Origin: Tubiluchus corallicola
Lineage: Eukaryota; Animalia; Priapulida
Length of the DNA: 64,000 nucleotides
Direction: 5' to 3'
Assembly: GCA_030141605.1 (NCBI GenBank)
Contig: JAQGDQ010000619.1
Coordinates: 1 to 64,000 of the forward strand
A program made the position numbers and the translations under genes. Under the pieces are notes generated by a model, which searched no databases, had not been told where the DNA came from, and was given only the letters and a program-made list of their open reading frames with translations. The stretch's first letter is position 1. The number at the start of each line of letters is the position of its first letter. Positions 26,738 through 40,660 of the stretch are shown here, one piece after another.

Positions 26738-27015
26738 AAAAGCATTGTAATAACATTTCTGTAGAACAATGCTTCTCAAAAACATTGTAATAACATTTCT
26801 GTAGAACAATGCTTCTCAAAAACATTGTAATAACATTTCTGTAGAACAATGCTTCTCAAAAACATTGTAATAACATTTCTGTAGAACAATGCTTCCCAAA
26901 AACATTGTAATAACATTTCTGTAGAACAATGCTTCTCAAAAACATTGTAATAACATTTCTGTAGAACAATGCTTCTCAAAAACATTGTAATAACATTTCT
27001 GTAGAACAATGCTTC
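26738..27015. repeat. 40-bp minisatellite, 7 copies, in a GT49 intron
   Basis: AAAACATTGTAATAACATTTCTGTAGAACAATGCTTCTCA repeats. Confidence 0.95.
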
Positions 27016-27150
27016 ACGTCGTTGACAATGGTATTTTTGTGGTTTTGTATATGACGTGGCGCAAAACATCATTGTTTATAACAATAACCATATCAGTGGA
27101 TAGGATAAGCCTTTTCACAGTTCCAGTGATTGATGTTGATCGTGAAAACA

Positions 27151-27452
27151 TCAAAGGTTAAGTGTAACAGACAACGCATTTGTGTACACTTGACAACGCC
27201 TCGCAGCCCACGCTATTGTAATAGTAACAGTTTTAACAGCTAGCTGGAACCTTACCTAGTTCATTTTTTCTTGTTCCCAAGCAAGATCCTGTTAGTAAAT
27301 CACTCTACGCGCAGACAATGCATAACTAAGTAGACTCCACGTAAAACAACTGAAATTACTGAGCTGATGCAGCAGACGGTTTTGTTTTACCCACATATCG
27401 CATGACGGTTGTAGTTAAGAAGTGTTGCTATGGTGCACTTAACTTTTGACCT
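27151..27452. mobile_element. MITE, second copy of the 11305 family
   Basis: Reverse-complement similarity to 11305-11609, TIR remnants. Confidence 0.72.
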
Positions 27453-27637
27453 ACAGTAATCAGCAGTGTCTCGTGATCAGTCAATACCAAGGCTTACTTT
27501 GATAGTGGGCAAAGAGTGACGTTGCATATCTATTGTTTCTAGCAAATACTACTGCCAACCACTTGATTTTAGTCGTGGCTAAGATAGTTTTTGAAGAAAC
27601 TCAGTTAGCATTACGTGTTAAAGTATAAAATACTCAC

Positions 27638-29308
27638 CACATGAAATGGTTGTGCAGTTCCTTTTGCTATCATCACCCTAAGTTCTTCTTTTTTCTTTGG
27701 TACGGGTTCGTCAGATGAGACTTCAAATAACGGAAGAACAAAAACATTTCTATGTTCCCTTGTCAGATTCACTCTTGTTAGCATGTCCACAAACATTTCT
27801 GCTAACTTGGGAGTTGGTATCAGCTCTATGTCCATCAGTAAAATGTACTCACTGGTAACGGCCATTCGTGCTGTGTTTCTTCCAGCATTTACTGGATACT
27901 TTTCTGGATTCTGCTTGTCTAGGCCTGCGGCCGGAAGGGGAAAGTATACTTTATCACAGTCAAATTCTTTATTTACAAACGTCCGATTGCTACTTCTTGG
28001 TGGTGTTGTTTTGTTGTAAAACACAGAGAAAGTCACTTGTTGCCTTACTTTGGGGTAGCACCTTCGCAGTTGAACTATAGTGTCCATTACCAGGTCAAAG
28101 GTATCGCTTGGAGCATGTGCGGCAATAGATATTGGACCAGAGTGTAGTTCTGTTAAGTCAATGACATGGTGTATGTACTGCCAAGATGCTTGGGAAGCAA
28201 TTGTTAAGGTTCCATTGTAAGAAAACCTGTCTGTAGGTTGGAAAACGCTCATAATTCGTGCATAGTTAGATCCATTCACATATTTGACATATAAGGTATT
28301 TATCTTTTTTATATCATATTGTGAAAGACGTTTCAATGTTTCCGTGAACACGTCATATAGCGGTGTTTCCTTTAGTGCAACCTGCTCTACGAACAGCGAG
28401 TTCAGTTTGTCATAATTTGGTTTTGGTGAGGTTAATAGAGCTGTGCTGTTACTAACGTTTAGCTTCGGGACTTTACCATTTGTCATATCATTCTTCAATT
28501 TGTCAATGTTACCCTCATTATATTCTGTGTGTGGTTGTTCATTTTTACCCGCTGTCTTTATCTCAATCACTGTCTGATTTGTTACGTTGTTAGAAGTCAT
28601 TTTTTCGCTAGTTTTTACTTCTTCAGTAACGACATCTGGTTTTTCTAACAGTTGAAGTTTATTCGTGTTCAGATGATTTGTTTCATTGTGATTACTACTT
28701 GCATTGGCACTGATAATATCTTTGGCAGTAGATGTTTTCTCATTAGTGTCAGCGACATCCCCAACTTGTGGGTTACTAGATGTTTTCTCATTAGTGTCAG
28801 CGACATCCCCAACTTGTGGGTTACTAGATGTTTTCTCATTAGTGTCAGCGACATCCTCAACTTGTGGGCTACTAACACTGACATTTTTTCCAAAGTTTTG
28901 TGTAGCAACATCATAGACAAGATTTGGTTGAGATATGATTAAAGTTTTATCCGTAGCAAGACTAATACTGGTTTGCTTTTGAAAGTTTTGGACTTCATTG
29001 ACTGAATTGTCAGCTGCATTTTCATTAAGCTTATTTACATCTACTCTTTTTACTTCTTCTTTCTTTGCAGCTTCTGGTATTACGAAGTCAATCTTTCTGT
29101 CTTCAGCAAGTATGCTTACGTTATTATTTTTGGTGACAGGAATACCCTCCACGGACTTTCCATAAACAATAACACTCTGTCCTCCATATTCATTTCCCCA
29201 ACTGGCCACTACTATTGTTGGTGTCTTTCTCTGGTACCAGATGGCGCCACAAAGAGTCGTCACGATGACTGTGATGAGGACCAGTCGGTGTCTTCTGCAC
29301 ATCCTCAT
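27638..29308 (-). CDS. B4GAT1: B4GAT1/GT49-like gene 1, first coding exon (type II membrane anchor, long stem, start of catalytic domain); about 693 aa in total
   Basis: ATG at 29308, acceptor near 29380, GTG|gtgagt donor; MRMCRRHR plus hydrophobic helix; GPISIAAHAP, YPVNAGRNTAR, LMDIELIP, VFVLPLFEV motifs. Confidence 0.9.
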
Positions 29309-30216
29309 TGTTATTCTTTGCAACCCAAGTCTCTGTCACCTGCTATGCTGTCCTTGCATCTGATTTCAATAGAGAAACTCTGAAATAAATGAAAAAGTAT
29401 TTTATGAAATTCGCAGGCACTTGTATTTATTTTGTCCGTTCAAGGCGTCTGGCACTCTGGATGACCTGATCACGAGAAAGCTCGGAATATGAAACATGTT
29501 TTATAATTATGTGCACTTCACATAATTTTTTTCACATCTAGCGGTTGTGTTTTCCCGATGTAAGTAAAACTGATGACGAAGTGCTTTTGTAGGTGTGGCA
29601 AATATACCATGTTGAGTTGAAATGCTGCTCTCTTGGACGCCTTGGACACTAATCTAATGCTCTGTCGTGATCACAATGGTATTGGCACTCACACCACAGT
29701 AATATTTGTACATAATCACAAGACATTTGGATGCACTCGTCATACGTATCTCATCTTCATTAACCTGTGTGGTGTAAACACTGGAAGTCCACGCCTCGCA
29801 CAGGTGCACTTTTGCACAAGACTCAGTGTATAATACGTTACTTTCCGCAAGTTCAGGGAATTTGCTGTGTGTTTGTCAACACTCAAGCATTAAATCAGGT
29901 GAACGAACAGCCACAAGTTGTAAAATCATTGTACACTGTGTAAACGAGTAAACATTAATAGGATGGTCGTCGCGTAGTGTTTAACGTTGATAACCTCCCG
30001 CCATGTTGTAGTAAAGTCTTTCTGATGTCAGCAGCAGCAGCAGCAGTTCTCTCAGCGTCAGATATAAGACTTGGCTAGATGAATCAGCGTGAAATTGGAT
30101 TGTCGCAGCAATCAATAACGTGAGATATGACATAACGGTGTGTCTGTTCAGCGCAGGGCTTCAAGCTTGTAAGAGCAGCAAGGGATCAAAGTTAACGAAC
30201 TTCTGAGACGTCTGCA

Positions 30217-30780
30217 TCTCTTGCTACGTTAAGTCTCTTTTTATCGCTAGTTTAATACAAAAAGCTCTCAGAACTTTTGTTATGGGTTTATAAACGGTGA
30301 CAGTTAACTGTTGACTGTTAGTGACCTGGGTCTATTGCTACGTTAAGTCTGTTTTTATCGCTAGTTTAATACAAAAAGCTCTCAGAACTTTTGTTATGGG
30401 TTTATAAACGCTGACAGTTAACTGTTGACTGTTAGTGACCTGCGTCTCTTGCTACGTTAAGTCTGTTTTTATCGCTAGTTTAATACAAAAAGCTCTCAGA
30501 ACTTTTGTTATGGGTTTCTAAACGGTGACAGTTAACTGTTGACTGTTAGTGACCTGGGTCTATTGCTACGTTAAGTCTGTTTTTATCGCTAGTTTAATAC
30601 AAAAAAGCTCTCAGAACTTTTGTTATGGGTTTATAAACGGTGACAGTTAACTGTTGACTGTTAGTGACCTGCGTTTCTTGCTACGTTAAGTCTGTTTTTA
30701 TCGCTAGTTTAATACAAAAAGCTCTCAGAACTTTTGTTATGGGTTTCTAAACGCTGCCAGTTAACTGTTGACTGTTAGTG
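30217..30780. repeat. 114-bp tandem repeat, 5 copies
   Basis: TGCTACGTTAAGTC recurs at about 30222, 30336, 30450, 30564, 30679. Confidence 0.93.
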
Positions 30781-31171
30781 AATGCAGATTTTCTCGAACC
30801 GCTTATCTACGGAATTCTTCTGTTAGCTACTTCTTCACGCGCTTCAAGAATAATGTTAGCGTTCGTGTCATTAGGAAAATTTTGTTTTTATTTTGCTGAA
30901 CCTTTATGCTTATCTCTACCTTTCTGTTTGAGTGGTCACCGACCTTGCTTGGGGGGATTTGTATTAGAACAAAGTGGAAGAACGCGTGGCTTAAATTTGA
31001 TCAACATTTGTGTACTAACGTAGAACATTAAACCTCCTAGGTCACTTAAGCTAAAGCGCATGAGATTCAATCATTAGATACCGATTACTAATTTAAATTG
31101 AAGGTTTGCTACGCAGGTAAACAAATTATTGCTAACTTATTTTTTTTTGTTGTACGAGAGCTGCTAGCTTT

Positions 31172-31545
31172 ATGAATCTCATAAAAAATTCAAAGAAAAT
31201 TTCAAACAAAGATCTATATGAAAAAATAAAAGAAGAATCTTGGCCAAGAAAAATAAAAAGATGCCGATTAAGATGGATTGGGCATATGCTTAGACTACTT
31301 GATGATATTCCAGTGAAGGTAGCTCTTCAACAAGCCATAGAACCAGCTAAAAAACCTGCAGGAGGACAAATGTTAACATATTTAGATTTTGCACAGAAAG
31401 ATTTAAACACTTCAGCATTGATCCTTAGAGATAAATCCACTTGGGGCATTGCAGCGTGTAGGGAGTCCTGGCATAGGGAAGTGAGCAGAATCATGTCACT
31501 GGACGTATGATTCATTGGATGACGATGATGATGATGATGATGATG
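31172..31545 (+). mobile_element. 5'-truncated RTE/RTEX-like LINE: ORF2 C-terminus with (GAT)n tail
   Basis: KISNKDLYEKI...IKRCRLRWIGHMLRL...ACRESW...; RLRWxGHxxR is typical of RTE-group ORF2; stop followed by short UTR and GAT tail. Confidence 0.8.
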
Positions 31546-31919
31546 ACCTGGCATAAGGAGGTGAACAGAATCATGTCCCTGGACGTGTGATTCATCGCAT
31601 GATGATGATGATCTTTTGTGAGAGATAAATGCACGTGGGGCATTGCAGCGAGTAGGGAGTCCTGGCATAGGGAGGTGAACAGAATCATGTCACTGGACAT
31701 ATGATTCATTGGATGATGATGATGATGATCTGGCATAGGGAGGTGAACAGAATCATGTCCCTGGACGTGTGATTCATTGGATGATGATGATGATGATCTG
31801 GCATAGGGAGGTGAACAGAATCATGTCCCTGGACGTGTGATTCATTGGATGATGATGATGATGATCTGGCATAGGGAGGTGAACAGAATCATGTCCCTGG
31901 ACGTATGATTCATTGGATA

Positions 31920-31951
<32 letters not shown>

Positions 31952-32284
31952 CTGGCACAGGGAGGTGAACAGAATCATGTCCCTGGACGTGTGATTCACT
32001 GGATGATGATGATGATGATCTGGCATAGGGAGGTGAACAGAATCATGTCCCTGGACGTATGGTTCATAGGATGATGATGATGATGATCTGGCACAGGGAG
32101 GTGAACAGAATCATGTCCCTGGACGTATGGTTCATTGGATGATGGATGATGATGATGATGATCTGGCACAGGGAGGTGAACAGAATCATGTCCCTGGCCG
32201 TATGGTTCATTGGATGATGATGATGATGATCTGGCACAGGGAGGTGAACAGAATCATGTCCCTGGACGTATGGTTCATTGGATA

Positions 32285-32316
<32 letters not shown>

Positions 32317-32642
32317 CTGGCACAGGGAGGTGAACAGAATCATGTCCCTGGACGTGTGATTCACTGGATGATGATGATGATGATGATCTGGCACAGGGAG
32401 GTGAACAGAATCATGTCCCTGGACGTATGGTTCATTGGATGATGATGATGATGATGATCTGGCATAGGGAGGTGAACAGAATCATGTCCCTGGACGTGTG
32501 ATTCACTGGATGATGATGATGATGATCTGGCATAGGGAGGTGAACAGAATCATGTCCCTGGACGTATGGTTCATAGGATGATGATGATGATGATCTGGCA
32601 CAGGGAGGTGAACAGAATCATGTCACTGGACGTGTGATTCAT

Positions 32643-32680
<38 letters not shown>
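31468..32680 (+). repeat. Tandem array (about 16 units, roughly 68-86 bp) of the LINE 3' end plus variable (GAT)n
   Basis: CTGGCATAGGGAGGTGAACAGAATCATGTCCCTGGACGTGTGATTCATTG(GAT)n repeated. Confidence 0.93.
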
Positions 32681-32684
<4 letters not shown>

Positions 32685-33656
32685 CTCATGCCTTTCCTCT
32701 GGTTACTTATAACCTTCTATCTGTCTTCAATATTTTGAGTGGTTTAATATTTTCTAAATAACTTCTACAAAAACTATGTCGTTCACGTTCACGTGCAGGT
32801 GTTGTGTAGGCAGGTATCGAGAACCAACGAAAACCCACAAAACTCTGAATGACAGTAATCACGTTACACGGTAGAATAGCATTAATTGAGCAAATTATAG
32901 AAAATCATTTTCCATTGAGAGAATTTCAAGGCAAAATTGAATCAGAGTTTAATGTAATTGCTCGCATCGAATGTTTGTGCCTATAATTACGTAGATTTCG
33001 GAATTTCTGCGATTATGTAATCACCAATGGCTTAACTGCATACATGGTTAGCTACCTTATACAGGTAATTTTTTCCTAAGCCTCAGTACCGTCACGTTGG
33101 TGCAGAATTCCGTAAGTTTTCTACAGGTGTTCTTGAGACTTGAGTGCTCTTTAAGAAAAAGTCGTAATTGCATCTTTTACTCTCAGAAGTTTGAAATGTT
33201 GACGGGAAATGCATGCAGCAGCACTGACCTAGTAACTGTGAAAGCTTTTACTTATGTCAGACTTAACACCGGTACGTGCTTTAAGTGTTGTTAACAAGAT
33301 TAATTATATTAAATGCCGTCGGAGAAAAATTTGTAGAGCAAAAATTGATTGTTTCCTCCAAGTGTTGCGTTTCATAAAGGATTACCAACGCTGCAGGTGT
33401 AAACAGAAATTTCCTGCGGAAAACGAAAATTTTCTTCGAGTGAATTACAGGTATCACGAGTGAATTAGAAGCAAGATGGCGGCGGGGAAAGGTTTCCGCT
33501 TACCTGCAGATTGTGAAAATCCTTAATGAACATAATTACATTTACAAAACAAACGAGTTCGTCTTTGAAATTGAAAACAGAAAACGAGGTGTGAGCGAAT
33601 GTATTGTTTTGATGTTATCACTTTGCAAAAATTATACGTATTTTGTTGTTTAGAGC

Positions 33657-34131
33657 CAGGGGTGTGCAAATTATCTGACTAGCCGGGCCACATTAAACTT
33701 TCCCGCAATTCCTACGGGCCACAGGCAGTTTGATCAAGGAGCCAAGTACAGAAAGGCCTAATAATGATTTTTTGCATCCGACCCGCGTACATCATTACTA
33801 CTACACTCAAGAAACTATTTTAGAAGTTATTAAAATTTATATTACAAACCATATATTTCTACTTTCAGGACAGATAGTGGTAATTTCATTACAATGCATA
33901 TTAGTAATGTGTATCACACAGTCTATGTAGTACAGTGACATTAAGCTACAACCGTCTTGTAAGGGTTAATGGCATCCGATCTAGTAGAAAAAACTACCCG
34001 CACTATCTTTGGGATCGTGGCACGGACTTCACCTGGATACACTCAATTAATCGTCCGGGCCACACTTTCATTAGGTTGACAATCGCGGGCCGAACAAATT
34101 CTCTCGGCGGGCCGCAATTTGCACACCCCTG
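33657..34131. mobile_element. hAT (Charlie-like) MITE
   Basis: TIRs CAGGGGTGTGCAAATT/AATTTGCACACCCCTG; imperfect TSD GTTTAGAG/GTGTAGAG; GGGCC subterminal motifs. Confidence 0.8.
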
Positions 34132-35717
34132 GTGTAGAGTGTTGCATTCAAATTACATTATGCTGTATATATGGCACGTGGCAGCTTTTCAAAGGAATGT
34201 AATAATAGCAACAAGTTTCAAAGATTTTTAATCGTCTGAATTTAATGCGTTTGTGTCCATTTATTTGTTACGCGTTACTTATTTTATATACACATTATCC
34301 TTTCTTCTTTCTTCCAAACCCTTTCGTTTCTCTCTAAGCAATTTTATAATTTTCATATTACGTCAGTTGTCTTTCTTAAAAGTTGAGAAATCACCGTTAT
34401 TTATGGGGGAGTCAAGACAATAATTGTTCATGTAAACTAAAACAGTTACAGTTATAGATGTAGCATAGTTCAGGGCTACAGTCTGTGTAACACTCTTATG
34501 ATGCGCATTTGCAATTGTATTTTACATTTAAAATCGCTTACAAATGCCTCTAGTTTGTGTGAGGAGAATTTGTAATGAAGATGTGACATAAAGATACGTT
34601 CATTGTGATCATTAATCGATCATGTTATCGTAGGTTAATTTGAATCAAGGTTAAAGGCAAGACCATGAACGAATGTATGATTACGTGTAGGGTGTTATAA
34701 TTAACACTTCGATTCACAATTCATTCGAATAATTCATCAATTAATTTATTAACAAGATCGTTCTGTTTAAATGTTTATATTTCTGGGAAGCATGATAATT
34801 ATGGAGGTGAAAATATGAATACACGTCTAGAAAATTAAAAATCGTATAACTATAATTCGCCAGTGATAGGAGACATCTATTAACTTTTCTTCTTGAAAAA
34901 AATAAAATAAAGAAGCGAGTATGAAGATGAACCAACAGTGTTTTGTTGTGTCTCTCTAGGGAATTTCAGTACGTGTAAAGGCATCCTTACAACAAATACA
35001 CGCAAAAATCTCTGCATTTCATAATTTAACCTAAAAAAATTAACAAACGGTTGGTTGCCTGTCGCAGTTTTGGTTTTAGTCGAAACTAGCCAATGTTTCG
35101 ACTTTTAGATAAAACACATTTAACGAGTGGTAGTGCCACATTTTATGCCTTTGATCGCACCATCATGTTTCGTTTGTTTGCATAAAGTTCATGAGCTCAT
35201 ATAGCAGAGTATCGGTCAACTTATAAATTTCAATTAAATGATCTCGAAGACGATACTGGATAGATGGATTTGTGATGGGGGTGGGGTCAGTTAATGGGGG
35301 GTCAGTTAAAAGCGCATTTTCCCGCATCGTATTATTTGGTTATGTCAGCATGTTATATAACAGTCATGTAAGTCAATTCATACTCGGGGCAAAAACCCAA
35401 GTCACTGTTATCAAATTAATAAGGTGTCACACAAGGGAAGAGGATTTCATGGAGGTGGTATTTAGAGGAAAAGTGGGAACCAAATCAGAATTCCTTAGGG
35501 ATGAGATGGCAAGGGGGGAAACATATAAAACACAGGAACCACAATCGCTATCTGTTAGGAGAAGAGGAAAGAGTTAAGAAATTCATTTTAACTGCCATAA
35601 AAACAATTGAATTACGTGGCATTAAAACAGAATAAGAAATGTTAACATGTTATCAAGTTATTTTAACTAGAAATCCACTTTGTCTCTATACATTTCAGCG
35701 TTTTTTTATTCAAATTA

Positions 35718-36245
<528 letters not shown>

Positions 36246-36639
36246 TTATTTTAACTAGAAATCCACTTTGTCTCTAAGCCTTTCAGCGTTATTCTTTTTT
36301 ATTCAAATTATCTTGTTCATTACAAGTTTACCATCACATGTCAACATTCACCCTAAAGTTAATGAGAATTCTGTGAAATGTTTGAAGAGATGTGAGAACA
36401 TTTTGCACATTAATAACTAACTAGCAAAGGCCCCGCAAAAAATTTTGAGTATAAATACACGTATAATCAATAATGCGCGAACATCCTACATAGTCCTCAT
36501 TTATAACGCAAAGCCAGTAGCAGCAGCTTTTACTGAATTAAAGTTATAGGCAGAGTATAATGGATGACGTCAGAAGTAATTGTTTTTAAAGACAATTATA
36601 AACTCGAACTGCAATTCTGTGTGTTCTATATGTTTACAC

Positions 36640-36962
36640 CAGTGGCTCCCAAACTTTCTCTGACCGTTACCCAAATCGGGAAACCCGGTCGTGTCCATTA
36701 CCCCCCACCTAGTACTACTTCTCCAACTCAAAAAGTAAACACACGTATATGCCACAAGCAAGCAAAATTATTTATGTTTGCTCGTGACATAAATAAATTT
36801 CCAGGTGTTGTTGTATTGTTGCCAAAACAAGAATTACAATTACTGAAACTGCTCATTACTGAGTGATTTAAAAATTTTCAGAGGGGTGCCCGTTACCCCC
36901 CCCCCCAAAAAAAAACCATATTACCCCCGGGGGGTAATTTACCCCTACTTTAGGAACCACTG
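36640..36962. mobile_element. hAT (Charlie-like) MITE, copy 2 of the 6950 family
   Basis: Same TIRs; perfect 8-bp TSD GTTTACAC. Confidence 0.9.
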
Positions 36963-37654
36963 GTTTACACGAAAGAAATCAAGATGGCTGATTGTCCTGT
37001 AACTCACTATTAGAACAGTTAAATAATTAAGAAACTTGAAATCACATGCATCATCTCTGTAGATTTGTTTACACTGTGCTCTTACGTTTCACATAAAATT
37101 GTCTATACTTCTGATAATAATAAATTTTTCATTATACTAAATACCTCACATGGTCACTTGCACCTGCACTAAGCATTTACTACGTAGCATTTAAAGCTAT
37201 CGTATTAAAGTAAATTACTCAAACACTAGAATTTCTTAACTCGTACTCACCTATTTCTAGCTCTTCCTCAGCTTGTTAAAAGACACCTGAATAATCACAC
37301 CTGACTAATGAAAATTGGAGCAGCTTGTAGAAGCGAAACCTTAGCGTGCTTTAGCGTGCTGCCTGAATTATCTATCAAGGACGAGATCTTCTATGCGAGG
37401 CGACCTCCAACTACTTTCACTCAGTAGAAAATTTCTGTTTATCGTGCGAATTAAATCGTAAAAACTCCCCGCGCGCTCCGTCAATTACCGCATATTTTTG
37501 CAGCGTACTAATTGACGATTTAATTCGGTTTATTATGCGTTTTCGTTTACTAGGTTATGGGTTCGATTCCACTATCGGGGATGCCTCGTTAGTCTGTGCG
37601 TTTCTTTGTAAGCCATTTACGCATTGAGCTGAAATAACTGGACATTTTGAAAAT

Positions 37655-38680
37655 TTGCAGGCTGAATAACTCAGTTCAGTTGAATCCAAAATGTTCAACT
37701 GACTCACACCACAGCAGACTGAATAATTCAGTTCAGTTGAATCCAAAATGTTCAACTGACCCACACCACAGCAGACTGAATAGTTCAGTTCAGTTGAATC
37801 CAAAATGTTCAACTGACTCACACCACAGCAGACTGAATAATTCAGTTCAGTTGAATCCAAAATGTTCAACTGACCCACACCACAGCAGGCTGAATAATTC
37901 AGTTCAGTTGAATCCAAAATGTTCAACTGACCCACACCACAGCAGACTGAATAGTTCAGTTCAGTTGAATCCAAAATGTTCAACTGACCCTCACCACAGC
38001 AGGCTGAATAGTTCAGTTCAGTTGAATCCAAAATGTTCAACTGACCCACACCACAGCAGACTGAATAATTCAGTTCAGTTGAATCCAAAATGTTCAACTG
38101 ACCCACACCACAGCAGACTGAATAGTTCAGTTCAGTTGAATCCAAAATGTTCAACTGACCCACACCACAGCAGACTGAATAGTTTAGTTCAGTTGAATCC
38201 AAAATGTTCAACTGACCCACACCACAGCAGACTGAATAATTCAGTTCAGTTGAATCCAAAATGTTCAACTGACCCACACCACAGCAGACTGAATAGTTCA
38301 GTTCAGTTGAATCCAAAATGTTCAACTGACCCACACCACAGCAGGTTGAATAGTTCAATTCATTTGAATCCAAAATGTCTAACTGACCCACACCACAGCA
38401 GACTGAATAGTTCAGTTCAGTTGAATCCAAAATGTTCAACTGACCCACACCACAGCAGACTGGTTAGTTTAGTTCAATTGAATCCAAAATGTTCAACTGA
38501 CCCACACCACAGCAGACTGAATAGTTCAGTTCAGTTGAATCCAAAATGTTCAACTGACCCACACCACAGCAGACTGAATAGTTCAGTTCAGTTGAATCCA
38601 AAATGTTCAACTGACCCACACCACAGCAGACTGAATAGTTCAGTTCAGTTGAATCCAAAATGTTAAACTGACCCACGCCA
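37655..38680. repeat. 57-bp minisatellite, about 18 copies, each with an internal inverted repeat
   Basis: 19-aa period in ORFs; TCAGTTGAA-TCCAAAATG-TTCAACTGA. Confidence 0.95.
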
Positions 38681-39444
38681 CGTTATGCTAACATAAGTTT
38701 CAGGAATAAAGTTGGGCCTAGTTATATGTAACATTGTTGTTTACTAAACTAAACCAAAACACAGCAGCTCTTTATCAATATTCAAGTTTAAATAAAAAAA
38801 CATTTAATGACTCGTTTTGAATATCCGACACACGAACACGATGATACTTTCGTTTTTTCGTTTTTCCTAGACCTTACTAAACTAGTTTATATTTTATTTT
38901 TGAATTTCTAGTTGCACTTATAGTTTAGCTTGCACCAGACGCATTTGCCCAGAACAGTGTATGTTTTTATATGAACTAACACTGATTGTCTGTCTTTTAT
39001 TATGATGGTCAATGTTTTTAAAATGGCAAATAAAGATTTTACTACTACTACTACTACTACTACTACTAGATATGTAAACTATGATTTTCCAATCTTAGCT
39101 CCTGAAACGGGCAGTAGGGTCCAAAAGTCGGACGCTAGACCGTCATTGGGCTTTCAATATCAGCAGTTTTGCAATACCTTACCGGATTTTGATAAAACTG
39201 ATATTATTCACAGAAAAATTTGCAAACGTTGCCCATCAAAATAAGCAGTTATAATTCGCCAATTTAAAACTACACTTGTTTACTATTATGTACTATACTA
39301 TTTACTATTATAAACCAGCATGTTTTACACTATTAAAGCTAATTACTGAAAAGAGTGGTCACCAAGGTAAGCTTTGCTCATTTTAACACATCGGGGCGAA
39401 CGCTTATCACGCCCCCATCAGTTTCACTTTCAGCTTTCGCGACC

Positions 39445-40323
39445 CAAGTGAATGTACAGTACAGTAAATGAGTTACTTAGACGTCAGACGGAGATTATTG
39501 TCGCTAGGATGGATTACAGAGTAACCCTGGACATGTTGCTTTGATTGAACTGTAACTTTATTCAAGTATCAAGTGAATGTATAGTACAGTAAATGAGTTA
39601 CTTAGACGTCAGACGGAGATTATTGTCGCTAGGATGGATTACAGAGTAACCCTGGACATGTTGCTTTGATTGAACTGTAACTTTAACCAAGTATCAAGTG
39701 AATGTACAGTACAGTAAATGAGTTACTTAGACGTCAGACGGAGATTATTGTCGCTAGGATGGATTACAGAGTAACCCTGGACATGTTGCTTTGATTGAAC
39801 TGTAACTTTAACCAAGTATCAAGTGAATGTATAGTACAGTAAATGAGTTACTTAGACGTCAGACGGAGATTATTGTCGCTAGGATGGATTACAGAGTAAC
39901 CCTGGACATGTTGCTTTGATTGAACTGTAACTTTCTTCAAGTATCAAGTGAATGTATAGTACAGTAAATGAGTTACTTAGACGTCAGACGGAGATTATTG
40001 TCGCTAGGATGGATTACAGAGTAACCCTGGACATGTTGCTTTGATTGAACTGTAACTTTCTTCAAGTATCAAGTGAATGTACAGTACAGTAAATGAGTTA
40101 CTTAGACGTCAGACGGAGATTATTGTCGCTAGGATGGATTACAGAGTAACCCTGGACATGTTGCTTTGATTGAACTGTAACTTTCTTCAAGTATCAAGTG
40201 AATGTACAGTACAGTAAATGAGTTACTTAGACGTCAGACGGAGATTATTGTCGCTAGGATGGATTACAGAGTAACCCTGGACATGTTGTTTGATTGAAAC
40301 GTAACTTTAACCAAGTATCAAGT
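39445..40323. repeat. 125-bp tandem repeat, 7 near-identical copies
   Basis: AAGTGAATGTA recurs every 125 bp from about 39446 to 40196. Confidence 0.95.
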
Positions 40324-40439
40324 TGAGCTTGAAGAGTTTTTCAAGAGGTGGATTCTTCACCTGATTTCACATTAGATATGAGCTAATTGTTTCGTGCATG
40401 ACTTTGTAAATTATAAATACAATAGTGTGTCTGTGGCTT

Positions 40440-40515
40440 GTTGGTTGTTTGTTTGTTCGTTTATTTGTTTATTTGTTTGTTTATTTCTTGCTTTTGCTTT
40501 CCTTCTTTCATTCAT

Positions 40516-40562
<47 letters not shown>

Positions 40563-40660
40563 GTCTATCTGTCTGTCTGTCTGTCTCTCTGTCTGTCTGT
40601 CTGTCTGTCTGTCTGCCTGCCTGCCTGCCTGCCTGCCTGCCTTTCTTTCTTTCTTTGCTT
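40440..40660. repeat. Compound tetranucleotide microsatellite (TTTG, TTTC, TCTG, CCTG)
   Basis: Visible directly. Confidence 0.9.

Noticed and set aside
31468-32680. Repeat-spacer pattern resembling CRISPR
   Set aside because: The spacers are only (GAT)n of variable length
34925-34945. EDEPT as a possible ABCA Walker B exon
   Set aside because: No hydrophobic run before it, no GxDP after it, no suitable acceptor
37555-38676. Long ORFs on both strands and a CRISPR-like palindromic array
   Set aside because: 57-bp tandem repeat without unique spacers; no cas genes; eukaryotic context
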